Assembly (NCBI GenBank): GCA_049841135.1
Contig: JASGHK010000008.1
Span: 275,272-339,271 of the forward strand
DNA: 64,000 nt
DNA from: Myxococcales bacterium
GTDB lineage: Bacteria > Myxococcota > Myxococcia > Myxococcales > UBA5297
Direction: 5' to 3'
The notes under the pieces are model-generated. The model worked only from the letters and a program-made list of their open reading frames with translations. It was not told the DNA's origin and did not search any database. The position numbers and the translations under genes were made by a program. Below, piece by piece: positions 10,059-20,662 of the stretch (the first letter of the stretch is position 1; each line of letters starts with the position of its first letter).

Positions 10059-12727
10059 TGCGCGCGCTCGCGACCCTCTCCTGCACCCTCTCCTGCCTGG
10101 CGCTGCTCGCCGGCTGTCCGGCCAGGGTCGAGTCCGGGCACTTCGCCTGCGAGCCGGGCAAGGTCGGCAGCTGCCCGGCGGGTTGGTTCTGCCAGTGCCG
10201 CGGCGCAGGCTGCAAGCACCACTGCTGGGCCGACGAGGGCCCCTACTGCGGCGACGGGATACTCAACGGCGGAGAGGTCTGCGACGGCACGCAGCTCGGG
10301 GCCGACAGCTGCCGGGCCCACGGCTTCTACGGCGGGACGCTCGGCTGCAGCGACGACTGCGGCGAGGTGCTCGTCGGGGGCTGCTCCGGGGTCTGCGGCG
10401 ACGGGACGGGGGATGGCCCCGAGGTCTGCGACGGGGCCGACCTCAAGACAGCCACCTGCGAGAGCCGCGGCTGGTACGGCGGCGAGCTGCGCTGCCAGCC
10501 CGGGTGCGCCGCCTTCGACGCCGCTCAGTGCGAGGGCACCTGCGGCGACGGGGTCGTCAACGGCGCCGAGAAGTGCGACGGGCTCGGTCGTGCCGAGGCG
10601 AGCTGCCTGGACTTCGGGGCCCAGGCGGGCGTGTTGGGCTGTAGCAGCGCCTGTGACCTCACGGTCGGGACCTGCATCAGCTCGCGCTGGAGGGAATGGG
10701 ATCGCGTCCAGGGGCAGCTGAAGGGCCTGTGGGGGACGACGACGGGCGAGCTGTTCGCCGTGGGCAAGAAGGGGGCCCTCCGCCACTTCGACGGCCAGGC
10801 GTGGTCGGCGATGGCCTCGCCGACCACGAAGGACCTGCTCGCGGTCTGGGGCAGCGGCCCGAGCGACGTCTTCGCGGTCGGCGAAGGCGGCACGCTCCTG
10901 CGCTACGACGGGAAGGCCTGGCGGCTCGAGACGGTCCCCACCACCGCGACGCTCTACTCGGTCACCGGGTGCTCGGCGACCAACGTCCTCGTCGGCAGCG
11001 AGGCAGGCATGATCCTGCGTTTCGACGGGACGAGCTGGAGGCTCGAGGCGGTGCCCGGCTCGACCTCGAAGCTCACCAGCCTGGCCTGCGCCGGGGACGA
11101 GGCCTGGGCCATCGACGAAGTCCGACTCCGTCACTACGCCAGAGGTACCTGGCACCCTTCCGAGGCGGAAGCGGTTTCGGTGTGGGCCAACGCCCCCACC
11201 GACGTGCTGGCGGTGCTGACCCTTGGCAGGCTCAAGCGCTTCGACAGCGTGACCAACACCTGGCTGGACGTGGCGAGCTTCCCGAGCGAGCCCCTGCAGA
11301 CCGTCTGGTCGAGCGGGCCGGACAACATCTGGCTCGCGGGCGACAATGGCGCGGTCGAGCATTTCGATGGCGTGCGCTGGACCTCCCTTCCGGCGAACTC
11401 GACCGACTGGCGCATCGAAGCCCTGTGGGGCCGCGCGGGCAACGACCTCTGGGCCGTGGGCTCGCTCTTTCAATCGCAGATCAGCGCCACCTTCCACTGG
11501 GAGAGCGTGTTCGGCCGGGTTGAGGCGAAGACGTTCAAGGAGCTGAGCGCCGTGTGGGGCTCGTCCGCCACCGACGTGCTGGTGGCCGGCGAAGCCGTCC
11601 GCCGCTTCGACGGCGTTGACTTCAGGGACGTGCCGGCGCCCGCGGGGAGTTGGATCCGCTCCCTCTGGGGCAGCGGCCCCACCGACGTCTGGGCCGCCGA
11701 CTTCTTCGGAGCCATCCTGCACTACGACGGGCAAGCCTTCTCGCCCGCCGGGCCCGCGGGCCCCATGCTGATGGCGGTGTGGGGTGCAGCAGCCGACGAC
11801 GTCTTCGTCGCGGGCTACGACGGCCACCTCGCCCACTTCGACGGCGCGGCCTGGACCCCGATGACCAGCGGGGCCACCGGCGCGCTCTACGGCCTATGGG
11901 GCACCTCGGGGAGGGACGTCTACGCGGTGGGCGAGGAGGCCCTGCTGCACTACGACGGGGTGAGCTGGTCACCCGCGACGAGCAACGTGACCTCGACCCT
12001 GCGTGCCGTGTGGGGCAGCGGGCCGGGCGACGTCTGGGCGGTGGGGGAATACGGGGCCATCCTCCATTACGACGGGGCGCGCTGGGAGCGGGTCCCCGGC
12101 GGCGCCGACCTGCAGCTGACCGGCCTCTGGGGCTCGTCGCCGCGGGACATCTACGCGGTTGGGACGAAGCAGCGCCTGCTGCGCTGGGACGGCAGCACCT
12201 GGTCCCCGATTGCCCACCAGGCCGGAGAGATCTTGAACAGCGTGTGGGGCGCCGGCCCGGGCGACGTCTGGGCGGCGGGGGGCTTTGGCTCCGTGGTGCA
12301 CCTGTCGGCGCGGCTGACCGAGGAGGGGGGTGGCGCCTGCGAGAACGCGGTGCCGCTCGGCTGCGGCGCGCGGATCCCAGGAACCACCCGCGGCGGGGCG
12401 AGGCGGTTCATCAAGTACGATGACGCCCCGCGGCAGGAGCCCGGCGACGAGGTGGTCTACCGCTTGGACGCGCCGATCGACGGGAGCATCGAGGTGAAGC
12501 TGACACCGGTCGGCGGCGACCTCGACCTGCTGGCGCTTGGCGCGCGAGTGGAGGGCGGTTGCGCGACGCAGTCGCCGGTCCTGGCGGCGAGCCAGGGACA
12601 TGGGCAGGTCGAGGAACGCGTGACCCTCGAGACCGAGTCCGCGCGCACGTACTACCTCGCCGTCGACGGTCCCGCCCTGGCCGACGTCAGCTACTGGCTC
12701 GAGGTCCAGTGCACGAAGCGGCCGTGA
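10058..12727 (+). CDS. Large lipoprotein: Myxococcus-type cysteine-rich repeats, tandem W-x-V-WGSGP-DVWAVG / HYDG beta-propeller-like repeats, C-terminal PPC-like domain
   Basis: Lipobox LALLAGCP. Repeated C-x-DG-x-x-C-DG units. At least 12 repeats of the form lWGsgpsDVwAVGe.GtilhyDG..W. The C-terminus is VVYRLDAPIDGSIEVKLTPVGGDLDLLAL. The ATG overlaps the upstream stop (TGATG). Confidence 0.75.
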   Translation: MRALATLSCTLSCLALLAGCPARVESGHFACEPGKVGSCPAGWFCQCRGAGCKHHCWADEGPYCGDGILNGGEVCDGTQLGADSCRAHGFYGGTLGCSDDCGEVLVGGCSGVCGDGTGDGPEVCDGADLKTATCESRGWYGGELRCQPGCAAFDAAQCEGTCGDGVVNGAEKCDGLGRAEASCLDFGAQAGVLGCSSACDLTVGTCISSRWREWDRVQGQLKGLWGTTTGELFAVGKKGALRHFDGQAWSAMASPTTKDLLAVWGSGPSDVFAVGEGGTLLRYDGKAWRLETVPTTATLYSVTGCSATNVLVGSEAGMILRFDGTSWRLEAVPGSTSKLTSLACAGDEAWAIDEVRLRHYARGTWHPSEAEAVSVWANAPTDVLAVLTLGRLKRFDSVTNTWLDVASFPSEPLQTVWSSGPDNIWLAGDNGAVEHFDGVRWTSLPANSTDWRIEALWGRAGNDLWAVGSLFQSQISATFHWESVFGRVEAKTFKELSAVWGSSATDVLVAGEAVRRFDGVDFRDVPAPAGSWIRSLWGSGPTDVWAADFFGAILHYDGQAFSPAGPAGPMLMAVWGAAADDVFVAGYDGHLAHFDGAAWTPMTSGATGALYGLWGTSGRDVYAVGEEALLHYDGVSWSPATSNVTSTLRAVWGSGPGDVWAVGEYGAILHYDGARWERVPGGADLQLTGLWGSSPRDIYAVGTKQRLLRWDGSTWSPIAHQAGEILNSVWGAGPGDVWAAGGFGSVVHLSARLTEEGGGACENAVPLGCGARIPGTTRGGARRFIKYDDAPRQEPGDEVVYRLDAPIDGSIEVKLTPVGGDLDLLALGARVEGGCATQSPVLAASQGHGQVEERVTLETESARTYYLAVDGPALADVSYWLEVQCTKRP

Positions 12728-12849
12728 CGCGAGCCGCCACCATCGCTCGCGCCGTCCGGTCCCACCGAGAATCGTCTAGGCTTCCAGTGGGCCGGGGAAT
12801 CGGCGCGGGCATCATGCCCCGCCACGGTTTCGGTCACCGAGAGTGCACG

Positions 12850-14140
12850 ATGGTCATCGGCCGCCTACGCGACGCCCGGGTGCGTCTTCGCCTCGCGCCT
12901 GACCTCTGCGTGCTGGCCCTCGCGCTGAGCGTCCTCGGCTGCGGAAGGACCGCTCCGTTCAGCCCGCGCACGGCGACCGAGCCCCGACGCCTCCCAGGGG
13001 CCGGCCTGCACGTCGCTCGCGGACTGCGACGACGGGGACTGGTGCACCGTGGAGCGGTGCGACCCGGCGCTCGGCTGCGTCGAGTCTCCCAGGGCGTGCG
13101 ACGACGGCATCGCCTGTCACCGCAACGGCTGCGACCCTGGGACCCGCGCCTGCGTGCACACGCCGGACGACTCGCTCTGCCCCGATGGTCAGTGGTGCGG
13201 CGAAGCCGGCTGCATCGCGTGCCTCGCCGACGGCGACTGCGACGACGGCGCGCTCTGCACCGCGGACACCTGCCTCCCCGACGGCTCCTGCCAGCACTTG
13301 CCGGACGACCGCCTGTGCGGCGGCCATCCCTGGTGCGACGGGGACTACACCTGCGCCCCATTCCTCGGCTGCGTCGTGGGGCGGCCCAGAGACTGCGACG
13401 ACGGCATCGCTTGCGACCGCAACACCTGCGTCGAAGCCATCCGGAGCTGCACCCACACTCCCGACGACTCCGCCTGCCCTCCCACCCAGCTGTGCGGGCT
13501 CTCCGGCTGCGAGCCGTTCATCTACGCCCAGACTCCGGTCGCGCTCTACCAGGTGGAGCTTCCGTCGGGCCGCGTCCTCGAGGTTGGGGCGACGGGTCTC
13601 ATGGCCTTCGACCTTGCGTTCACGCCGTCGCGGGTCCTGTACGGCACCCAGGGCGAGCTCGTCTTCACGCTGGACCGCAAGACCGGCGTCCCGCTCTCGA
13701 TGTCTCCGCTCCTCCCGGTCTTCGAGGGGATGAATGCGCTGGGCAGTGCCAGTGACGGAAGCCTCTATGGCGCAGGCGGCAGCACGATCTACCTGATCGA
13801 CCCCGACTCCTGGACCGTGGCGACGGTCGCCCACCTGCCGTCTCAGTACTCGTCCAGCGGAGACCTGGCCTTCGTCGGCGACGCGCTCTTCACGACGGTC
13901 TACCGCCCGGGCAACTCCTCCGACGACCTGGCGCTGGTGGACCTCGCCGCGGGCACCGCGAAGATCGTGGGCCCTATCGGCTACTCCGACGTCTACGGCC
14001 TGGCTCCCTATGACGGCGAGCTCTACGGCTTTGCGCAAGGTGGCCAGATCCTGCGCATCGACATGGCGACCGGCGCCGGGTCGCTCATCGCCGAGACCCA
14101 GCTGCAGTTCTACGGCGCGGGGTCCCTTCCGGGCCGCTGA
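12850..14140 (+). CDS. Lipoprotein with Myxococcus cysteine-rich repeats and beta-propeller-like C-terminal domain (+1 frameshift ~12982)
   Basis: Signal MVIGRLRDARVRLRLAPDLCVLALALSVLGCG in frame 1 continues as ...ACTSLADCDDGDWCTVERCDPALGCV... in frame 2. The junction is at gagCCCCgac, probably a C-run insertion. Confidence 0.6.
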
Positions 14141-14303
14141 CGCTTCGCAGGAGGCGTGAAGGAACCCTGCTAAAGATAGGCACCCTTTTTGTGACATGAG
14201 TCTGGCGCCCGCCGTCCCGCCCAGTCGTCACAGGTGCTCTTTCCGCTGAGAACGAGTTCAAGCTGTCGCAGAGAACGGGTTCGTCCGTGGTTAGATCCAC
14301 GGC

Positions 14304-14858
14304 ATGGGCCTCTTGACCTTCGGACTCAACGTGACGCTGGACGGGTGCTGCGACCATCGCGTGGGGATCGCGGACGACGAGCTGCTCGACTACTGGACGC
14401 AGCTCATGGACGCAGCCGGTGCGATGCTCTGGGGGCGCGTCACCTACGAGCTGATGGAGAGCGCCTGGCCGGCGGTGGCGCGCGACGAGAACGCCCCGCG
14501 CGCGACGCGGGAGTGGGCGCGCAAGCTGGAGGCCAAGCCGAAGTATGTGGTGTCGTCATCGCGGCGCGACTTCCCGTGGAGCAACACCTTCCGCATCGAA
14601 GGGGATGTGCACGAGGCCGTGAAGCAGCTCAAGGAGAAGACCCCGCAAGGCGTGCTCGTGGGCAGCCCAACGCTGTCGGCCGCGCTCGAGCGCCTAGGGC
14701 TGATCGACGAGTACCGTTTCGTCCTCCACCCGGTCCTCGCTGGCCATGGGCCGACCTTGTTTCAGGGCCTGCAGCCCTCGCGGCAGCTCGCGCTCATCTC
14801 GACGAAGCGCCTGAAGTCCGGCGCGCTGGCGCTCCACTACCGACGCCAGGCGGGATGA
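14304..14858 (+). CDS. Dihydrofolate reductase family protein (RibD C-terminal-domain type)
   Basis: 184 aa matching DHFR-like proteins: LDGCCDH, ...ELMESAWP, ...VVSSSRRDFPWSNTFRIEGDVHEAVKQLKEKTPQGVLVGSPTL. Confidence 0.7.
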   Translation: MGLLTFGLNVTLDGCCDHRVGIADDELLDYWTQLMDAAGAMLWGRVTYELMESAWPAVARDENAPRATREWARKLEAKPKYVVSSSRRDFPWSNTFRIEGDVHEAVKQLKEKTPQGVLVGSPTLSAALERLGLIDEYRFVLHPVLAGHGPTLFQGLQPSRQLALISTKRLKSGALALHYRRQAG

Positions 14859-15087
14859 CGCTCGGCTCGGGGTCGATCGCGCAGGGCGGTCCTCGTCGTC
14901 GACGGCCCGCCGCGAGCCGTACGCGGCGCCTTCCTCCACTGCGCGCCGAAGGACATCGTGAGCGCGGACCTTCATCCGTGCAGGTAGGCCGGCTGCCGTC
15001 TGCGGGCATCAAGCAGCTTGTGCGGCGAACGGGGAACTCTCAGGCTCCGCCGCGGCGCCAGACCTCGAGCACCTCGGACCTGCGTCT

Positions 15088-15859
15088 TCAGCTCCCGGCA
15101 GACGCGACCTGAGCCACGAAGCGAGCGAGCGCCTCCCAATACGTTTCCGATGCGGCGACGTCGTTGTGACCGCGGCCTGGGACGAGCACCAGTTCCTTCT
15201 TCTCCGCCCCGGCCGCTTCGTACGCCCGCTTCCCCTCGGTCGGCGAGATGGACTGATCCTGCTCGCCGTGAAGCACCAGCAGCGGGAGCCTGCCTCGCGC
15301 GAGCTTGGGCAAAGGATCGAAGGTTGCCTTTTCGGCGTCATCGAAGGAGTCAGGCGCCTCCAGACCTCGTCGCCGGATCAGCGCGGCCAGGTCCACGAAC
15401 CCGCTCTCGAAGACGACGGCGCGGACGGACGAGTCCAGGCTCGAGCCATACAGCTCCGCCGCACACGCCGAGCCGAGCGACCGCCCCATGACGATGATCG
15501 GCTTGCCGGCGGCCTTCGCCACGACTCCCGCCAGGACCGTCTGCGCGTCTTCGATCGCCAGGCGCAGCGTGGGCCTTCCCCGGCTCTCGCCGTACCCGCG
15601 GTAGTCGACGACCGCCAGGTCCACGCCCGCTTTCCGGAAGGACTCGGCCAGCGGGTCGTAGTCGGCCACCACCTCACCGTTGCCGTGGAAGAGCAGCAGC
15701 GTCGCCCGCGTGTCCGCACCGTGGTGCCAGCGCAGGTGCAGGCTCGCCCCAAGTACTTGGACCCGCAAGATCCTCCGCGCCCGCCGGTGCCTTGTGCACG
15801 AAGGGCCGGGGAAAGAAGAGCCGCTTGTTGAAGACGTCGCTGTCGAGGATGGAGGTCAT
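15088..15859 (-). CDS. Alpha/beta hydrolase (frameshift near 15775)
   Basis: The N-terminus MTSILDSDVFNKRLFFPRPFVHKAPAGAEDL is encoded in one frame (tail of ORF 15674..17965). The rest, RVQVLGASLHLRWHH...LLLFHGNGE...VMGRSLGSACAAEL, is in ORF 15088..15768. Nucleophile elbow GRSLG. Confidence 0.65.
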
Positions 15860-15897
15860 CGCTTTCGACTCCGGTTCGATTCGGGAGCCTTCCTGAA

Positions 15898-16923
15898 TCA
15901 GCTCGCCTTGGACGGCAGCCCGCGGATGCCCGAGCGGAACAGCAGCAGGAAGAGCAGGGTCGGGGTCCCCACGACGATTGAGGAGACCATCGCCTCGCTC
16001 GAGGTCAGCTCGCTCGAGCCCTCCAGCCAGACCGCGAGCACGAGCAGCACGAACAACGAGCCGAGACTGGCGCCCCCTCCACCGACCAGGATCTTGATGA
16101 TCGGCCAGCCAGCGCCCCCGCTTGCAGCCTGCTGCGGATGCGGAACGAGAGTGGGTCGCGAGCTCGCCGTGGACGCCTGAGCCGAAAGGACGGGAATCGT
16201 GGCGATCGGCTGCGCCTCCGCGCCGACCACCTCGGCCACCGCAGCGCCCAGCGCGACGTGGGGCGTAGCGACCTGCTCCTCCCGCATCCGGCGGATCAGC
16301 CGCCTGGCCCAGACGACCTGCACCACCATCACCACCAGCGCCAGGAGCGCGAAGCCGCTCTTGGTGAGCAGGAAGGTGTCGTACAGCCCGTGGAGCACCA
16401 CCGCGGCGAGGAAGCCCTTGAGCACGGACCCGCCCGGCTTGCCGAACTTCGCGGCCCCGACGTAGGCGCCCACGATGACGCCGCTGAGCGCGTGGCCGGG
16501 GACCGCGGTGAAGGCGCGCAGCGCGGCGACGCCCAGGCCGTTCTGCTCGACGTACATCACGTTCTCGAAGGCCGCGAAGCCGAGCGAGGCCGTCGCCCCG
16601 TACACCATGCCGTCCATCGGCTCGTCGAACGCCTCCTTGCCCCAGGCCCAGCCGCGAAGGACCAGCAGCTTGAAGGACTCCTCGGGGATGGCCGCACCGA
16701 GGAACGCCGACACCAGCGCCGTGCCCCACATCCCGGTGAACCCCTGGCCCAGGAGCTCGAGCCCCATGGCGCAGGGGATGACCGGGACGACGATGACCGC
16801 GCCGAGCAGGAAGGCCTTGGCGATCATCCCTTTCGGCTCGGGGTTCTTGTCCCGGCTGGTGAGGAACCACAGCAGCAGGAACGCCGGGACCAACGCGCTC
16901 GCCGCGAGCAGGAGTCCGAACAT
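15898..16923 (-). CDS. PrsW-family intramembrane glutamic protease with Gly-rich C-terminal extension
   Basis: Multi-TM protein with AIPEESFKLLVLR (EExxxR), FAAFENVMY and HGLYD motifs. Start chosen at the internal MFGLLLAAS preceding the first TM. Confidence 0.7.
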   Translation of the reverse strand: MFGLLLAASALVPAFLLLWFLTSRDKNPEPKGMIAKAFLLGAVIVVPVIPCAMGLELLGQGFTGMWGTALVSAFLGAAIPEESFKLLVLRGWAWGKEAFDEPMDGMVYGATASLGFAAFENVMYVEQNGLGVAALRAFTAVPGHALSGVIVGAYVGAAKFGKPGGSVLKGFLAAVVLHGLYDTFLLTKSGFALLALVVMVVQVVWARRLIRRMREEQVATPHVALGAAVAEVVGAEAQPIATIPVLSAQASTASSRPTLVPHPQQAASGGAGWPIIKILVGGGGASLGSLFVLLVLAVWLEGSSELTSSEAMVSSIVVGTPTLLFLLLFRSGIRGLPSKAS

Positions 16924-17041
16924 GGCCACCAGCGTAGCGACTTTCGGCCCCTGCGAGGCGTTCCGCCCCACCCGGACACCTCGGGCACCACGAGCCCGTT
17001 TCGAGCATCGAAGAGCGCGCGACCGAACCCGAGGAGCCCCC

Positions 17042-18235
17042 ATGTCCGAGTCCCTGCCGCAGAAGCTCCGGACCGAGCTGGCCCGCCACCCGAACCTCGC
17101 TCGGCTGGCCTCGCAAGCCCTGGACACGAAGTTGTCGGCCTCGGCCTGGCTGCACTCGGCGGCGCGGCACGCCGCCAGCGAGCGCGCCTTCTCCCTCTCG
17201 GGCCAGCTCCGCGGCCGGGTGCCGCTGACCGCGCTCTACGTGGGCGACCCCGTCTTCGTGCACGACCTCGACCAGCTCCTCTTCGCGAGCCGGGCGTCCA
17301 TCGCCGAGCTTGGCCGCGCCTCCGCCGACCGCCTCCGCCGCAGCGGGACGGATCTGGTCATCACCGAGGCCTGGCCCTCCGAGACCTCCGACGACCCGCG
17401 CCGGCCGATCGTCCAGCCTTGGCTCGAGTCGCGCTGCGAGCCGAAGACGACTTACGCCACCTATCTGCGCGACCACGTCAGCGAGAACGCGCGGCGGAGC
17501 CTGCGCAAGGCGCAGGACAAAGGCTTCACCCTTCGCTGGGAGCCCGCGGAGGAGTTCGCGGTCCGCTTCCTGCGCGAGGTGTCGGCCTCGATGGCGCGAA
17601 GGCTCTACGGCGACGAGAGCGTGATCGGCGCGCCCGAGCGCATCCTCGACTGGCGCGGTCGGTCCAACCGGATCGAGACGCTGATCGTCGAGTCCAGCAC
17701 CGGTGAGCCGCTGGGCGGAGCCGTCCTGGTGCACTTCGAGCTGCGGCGCGAGGTGATGCTCCACTCCTACGGGCTCCATCTGCCGGCGCTCGACGACCGC
17801 AAGCTGCGCGCCGAGGTGACCGCGGCGGTCAACGCCGCCGTCTTCGAGGCGGCCTGCGAGAAGGGCTTCGCCGTCAACCTCGGCCAGACCCGGCCCTTCC
17901 TGGACGACGGCGTCTTCAACCACAAGCGGCAGTGGGGCTGCCACCTCACTCCGGTCGTGCGCCAACCCCGCTTCCGCTTCGAGATGGTGACGGCGCGCTG
18001 GTGCTTCCTCGGCGCCGCGCCGCTGGCGGTGCTCGGAAGCGACGGCGTCCGCGGGATTTCCTCCTTCGACCCTTCCGAGGAGATGACGCCCAAGCTGCTC
18101 TCGGACCGGCTCGGCGGGTGGGTCTGCGACGGGCTGAAGGGGATCGAGGTGGTGATGCCCGTGGGCCTACCGGTCGGCTCGCTGAGCGCCGTGACCCAGG
18201 TCAAGGGCTGCCCGGTGAGCTTCGCGCACGAGTGA
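17042..18235 (+). CDS. GNAT-family / FemAB-like acyltransferase domain protein
   Basis: ~398 aa. Resembles FemAB-like (Acetyltransf_6) GNAT proteins by length, composition and C-terminal region. ATG at 17042 is preceded by a GA-rich stretch. Confidence 0.5.
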   Translation: MSESLPQKLRTELARHPNLARLASQALDTKLSASAWLHSAARHAASERAFSLSGQLRGRVPLTALYVGDPVFVHDLDQLLFASRASIAELGRASADRLRRSGTDLVITEAWPSETSDDPRRPIVQPWLESRCEPKTTYATYLRDHVSENARRSLRKAQDKGFTLRWEPAEEFAVRFLREVSASMARRLYGDESVIGAPERILDWRGRSNRIETLIVESSTGEPLGGAVLVHFELRREVMLHSYGLHLPALDDRKLRAEVTAAVNAAVFEAACEKGFAVNLGQTRPFLDDGVFNHKRQWGCHLTPVVRQPRFRFEMVTARWCFLGAAPLAVLGSDGVRGISSFDPSEEMTPKLLSDRLGGWVCDGLKGIEVVMPVGLPVGSLSAVTQVKGCPVSFAHE

Positions 18236-18253
18236 TGCCTCGCCCCACTGACC

Positions 18254-19132
18254 TCAGAAGAGGTCGACCGGGACCTTGTCGACGAGCAGCGCGTGCATCG
18301 CCTTGGCGTGCTTGGCGACGAAGGCCTTGCGCCGGGCGATCTCCGCCTTGGCAGCCTTGGCCTCGCGCTCCTTCTCGGCGGCGGTGAGCGGGCGCGGCGT
18401 CTTCATCGGCGGCACCCCGTCGCCCTTGTACTCGCCCTCGTCGAAGCCGAGGACCTCGCCCTTGGCCAGCGCTTCGTCCACCCGCGCCTGCAGCGCGTCG
18501 AGCATCTGCGTCGCCAGGGTCTCCAGCGACTTGGGCGAGGCAGCCATCTTCTTGAGCGTCGCGCGCCACGGGTCCGGGGAGGACGCCGACAGCTCCGTGT
18601 CGAGGATCTGGAAGCTGGCCCGCTCCCCGACGGTGACCTGCTCGGACACCTTGCCGTCCTTGCCGAGCACGAGGAACGTCGCGCCCATCGCCTCCCCGAC
18701 GATCGACTTGCCGCCTTCGGCGACGTAGAAGCGGACCGCCAGGTCGCCCTTCTCCGGGAAGTGGCCGAGGTTGACGACGAGCCCGAAGGCCTTGGGCAGC
18801 TCGTAGTGCAGCGCCTCGAGCGTCATCCACTCGGTGCCGCGCTGCTCGTTGGTCACCACCGAGCCGGCCGCGCAGACGTCCGTCGCGACCTTGGGCCCGC
18901 ACCAGCGCTCGGTCAGGAAGTTGCCGGCGACCTGCAGCGGCTGGTGCTTCCAGCCTCCAGCAGCCTTCTTCTCCATCCACGCCCGCAGCGCCTGGTGCCG
19001 CTCGCCCTCGGCCTTGGTCTCGAACTGCAGGTTGCTGGTCTTCAAAGCCATCTTGGGCTCCTGCGCCCGCGCCAGGGCGGGGCTGAGAAGGAGGAGGAAC
19101 AACGCCAGCGTCAGGGTGCGCTTGCTCGCCAT
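18254..19132 (-). CDS. Secreted hypothetical protein
   Basis: Clear signal peptide MASKRTLTLALFLLLLSPALARAQ. Balanced, protein-like composition. No recognisable catalytic motif. Confidence 0.55.
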   Translation of the reverse strand: MASKRTLTLALFLLLLSPALARAQEPKMALKTSNLQFETKAEGERHQALRAWMEKKAAGGWKHQPLQVAGNFLTERWCGPKVATDVCAAGSVVTNEQRGTEWMTLEALHYELPKAFGLVVNLGHFPEKGDLAVRFYVAEGGKSIVGEAMGATFLVLGKDGKVSEQVTVGERASFQILDTELSASSPDPWRATLKKMAASPKSLETLATQMLDALQARVDEALAKGEVLGFDEGEYKGDGVPPMKTPRPLTAAEKEREAKAAKAEIARRKAFVAKHAKAMHALLVDKVPVDLF

Positions 19133-19167
19133 CGGGATCGTCCTCGTCGGCAGCCGCCCCAGGCGGC

Positions 19168-20469
19168 CTACATCACCGTGTCCTTGGGGACGACCACGAT
19201 GTGGTCGCCATTCGCCAGAGGCTGGGTCTTGAGGCCCCGGCGCTCGTCGGCGGCGCGGTCATAGCCGATGACCGTGCCCTCCTCGAGCCGCACGTTCTTG
19301 TCGATGATGGCGTTGCGGATCTTGCAGCTGCGGCCGATGGAGGTCTCGGTGATGATGCCGCCCTTGATCGACCCGCCCATCAGCACCGAGTTCTCCACCA
19401 GCGCGTAGGAGTGGATGTAGATCCCCGCGGAGAGGACCGAGTTGCGCACCAGCGCGCCGCTGATGATGTTGCCGTCGGCGACGATGGAGTTGAGCGCCTG
19501 CCCGGTGCGCCCGGGCGACTCGTGGACGAACTTGGCCGGCGGGAAGTGGAGCGGGCAGTTGAAGAAGGCCCACTTCTCTCCGTAGAGGTTGAAGCGCGGC
19601 GCCGCCGCCACCAGGTCCAGGTTGGCGAGCCAGTACTGGTCGAGCGAGCCCACGTCGCGCCAGTAGTCCGAGTCCGAAGCGCGCGGAACGAGGTCCTTCA
19701 CGCGCCGGCCGTCGCGCGTCGTGTACTGGTACTCCTCGATGACGTTCTTCGAGGTGAAGTCGAAGGCGTAGACCGGCTCGCCCGCGGCGACCATGGCCGG
19801 GATGACCGCCGAGCCGAAGTCCTCGAGGTCGTTGGCCAGGCTCTTGCGCAGGGTCTCGTAGTTGAAGATGTAGACGCCCATCGACGCGTAGCAGTCTTCG
19901 GTGCCGGGGATGGTCTTGGGGGCCTGCGGCTTCTCCTCGAAAGAGAGGACGCGGCCGTCGCCGGCCACCTCCAGCACACCGTAGGTGCCACGCGCCTGGG
20001 CGGCGGGGACGCGGACGACGCTGATCGACAGGCAGGCCTTCGCCTCGTCGTGGAAGCGGCGCATCACCCCGTAGTTCATCTTGTAGATGTGGTCGCCGGG
20101 CAGCACGAGCACCTGCCGGGGGCGCGCGCGCTCGATGAAGCTCATGTTCTGCCGGATGGCGTCGGCGGTGCCCTTGTACCAGGACGAGCCGACCTGCATC
20201 TGCGCGGGGATCTCGTCGATGAACTGGTCGAGCCGGCGCGACAAGAAGTTCCAGCCGGCCTTCAGGTGGTTGGAGAGCGAGTGCGACTTGTACTGCGTCA
20301 GCACGTACACCTGGCGGATACCGGAGTTGATGCAGTTGGAGAGGGCGAAGTCGATGATCCGGTAGCTGCCGCCGAAGGGAACCGCGGGCTTGGCGCGCAC
20401 GTCGGTGAGCGGGCGCAGGCGCTCCCCAGCGCCGCCCGCCATCACCACCGCAAGCAGGTCCTCCGCCAT
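19168..20469 (-). CDS. glgC: Glucose-1-phosphate adenylyltransferase
   Basis: LAVVMAGGAGERLRPLT, YRIIDFALSNCINSGIRQVYVLTQYKSHSL, and a left-handed beta-helix C-terminus. Start chosen at MAEDLL (434 aa) rather than the ORF-track start. Confidence 0.85.
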   Translation of the reverse strand: MAEDLLAVVMAGGAGERLRPLTDVRAKPAVPFGGSYRIIDFALSNCINSGIRQVYVLTQYKSHSLSNHLKAGWNFLSRRLDQFIDEIPAQMQVGSSWYKGTADAIRQNMSFIERARPRQVLVLPGDHIYKMNYGVMRRFHDEAKACLSISVVRVPAAQARGTYGVLEVAGDGRVLSFEEKPQAPKTIPGTEDCYASMGVYIFNYETLRKSLANDLEDFGSAVIPAMVAAGEPVYAFDFTSKNVIEEYQYTTRDGRRVKDLVPRASDSDYWRDVGSLDQYWLANLDLVAAAPRFNLYGEKWAFFNCPLHFPPAKFVHESPGRTGQALNSIVADGNIISGALVRNSVLSAGIYIHSYALVENSVLMGGSIKGGIITETSIGRSCKIRNAIIDKNVRLEEGTVIGYDRAADERRGLKTQPLANGDHIVVVPKDTVM

Positions 20470-20662
20470 CGCTCTCGTCGGCCTCCGGCGGGGATTATGG
20501 TCCCCCCGGTCCGGCAGCGCCACTGGGGATCTCGGCCGCGGCCGGCAGTTGTCGGTCGACCGGTCGCCGGCCTCATGGGATTCTGCCGCGCCGCAGCTTT
20601 GACCACGACTTCGTCGGCCGCTCCGCTTCCCCAGCGCCGAAGTCTTCGGGAGCCCGACACCG

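Noticed and set aside
14190-14240. TGTGAC...GTCACA inverted repeat upstream of the DHFR-family gene
   Set aside because: Plausible operator, but a 6-bp inverted repeat is expected by chance.
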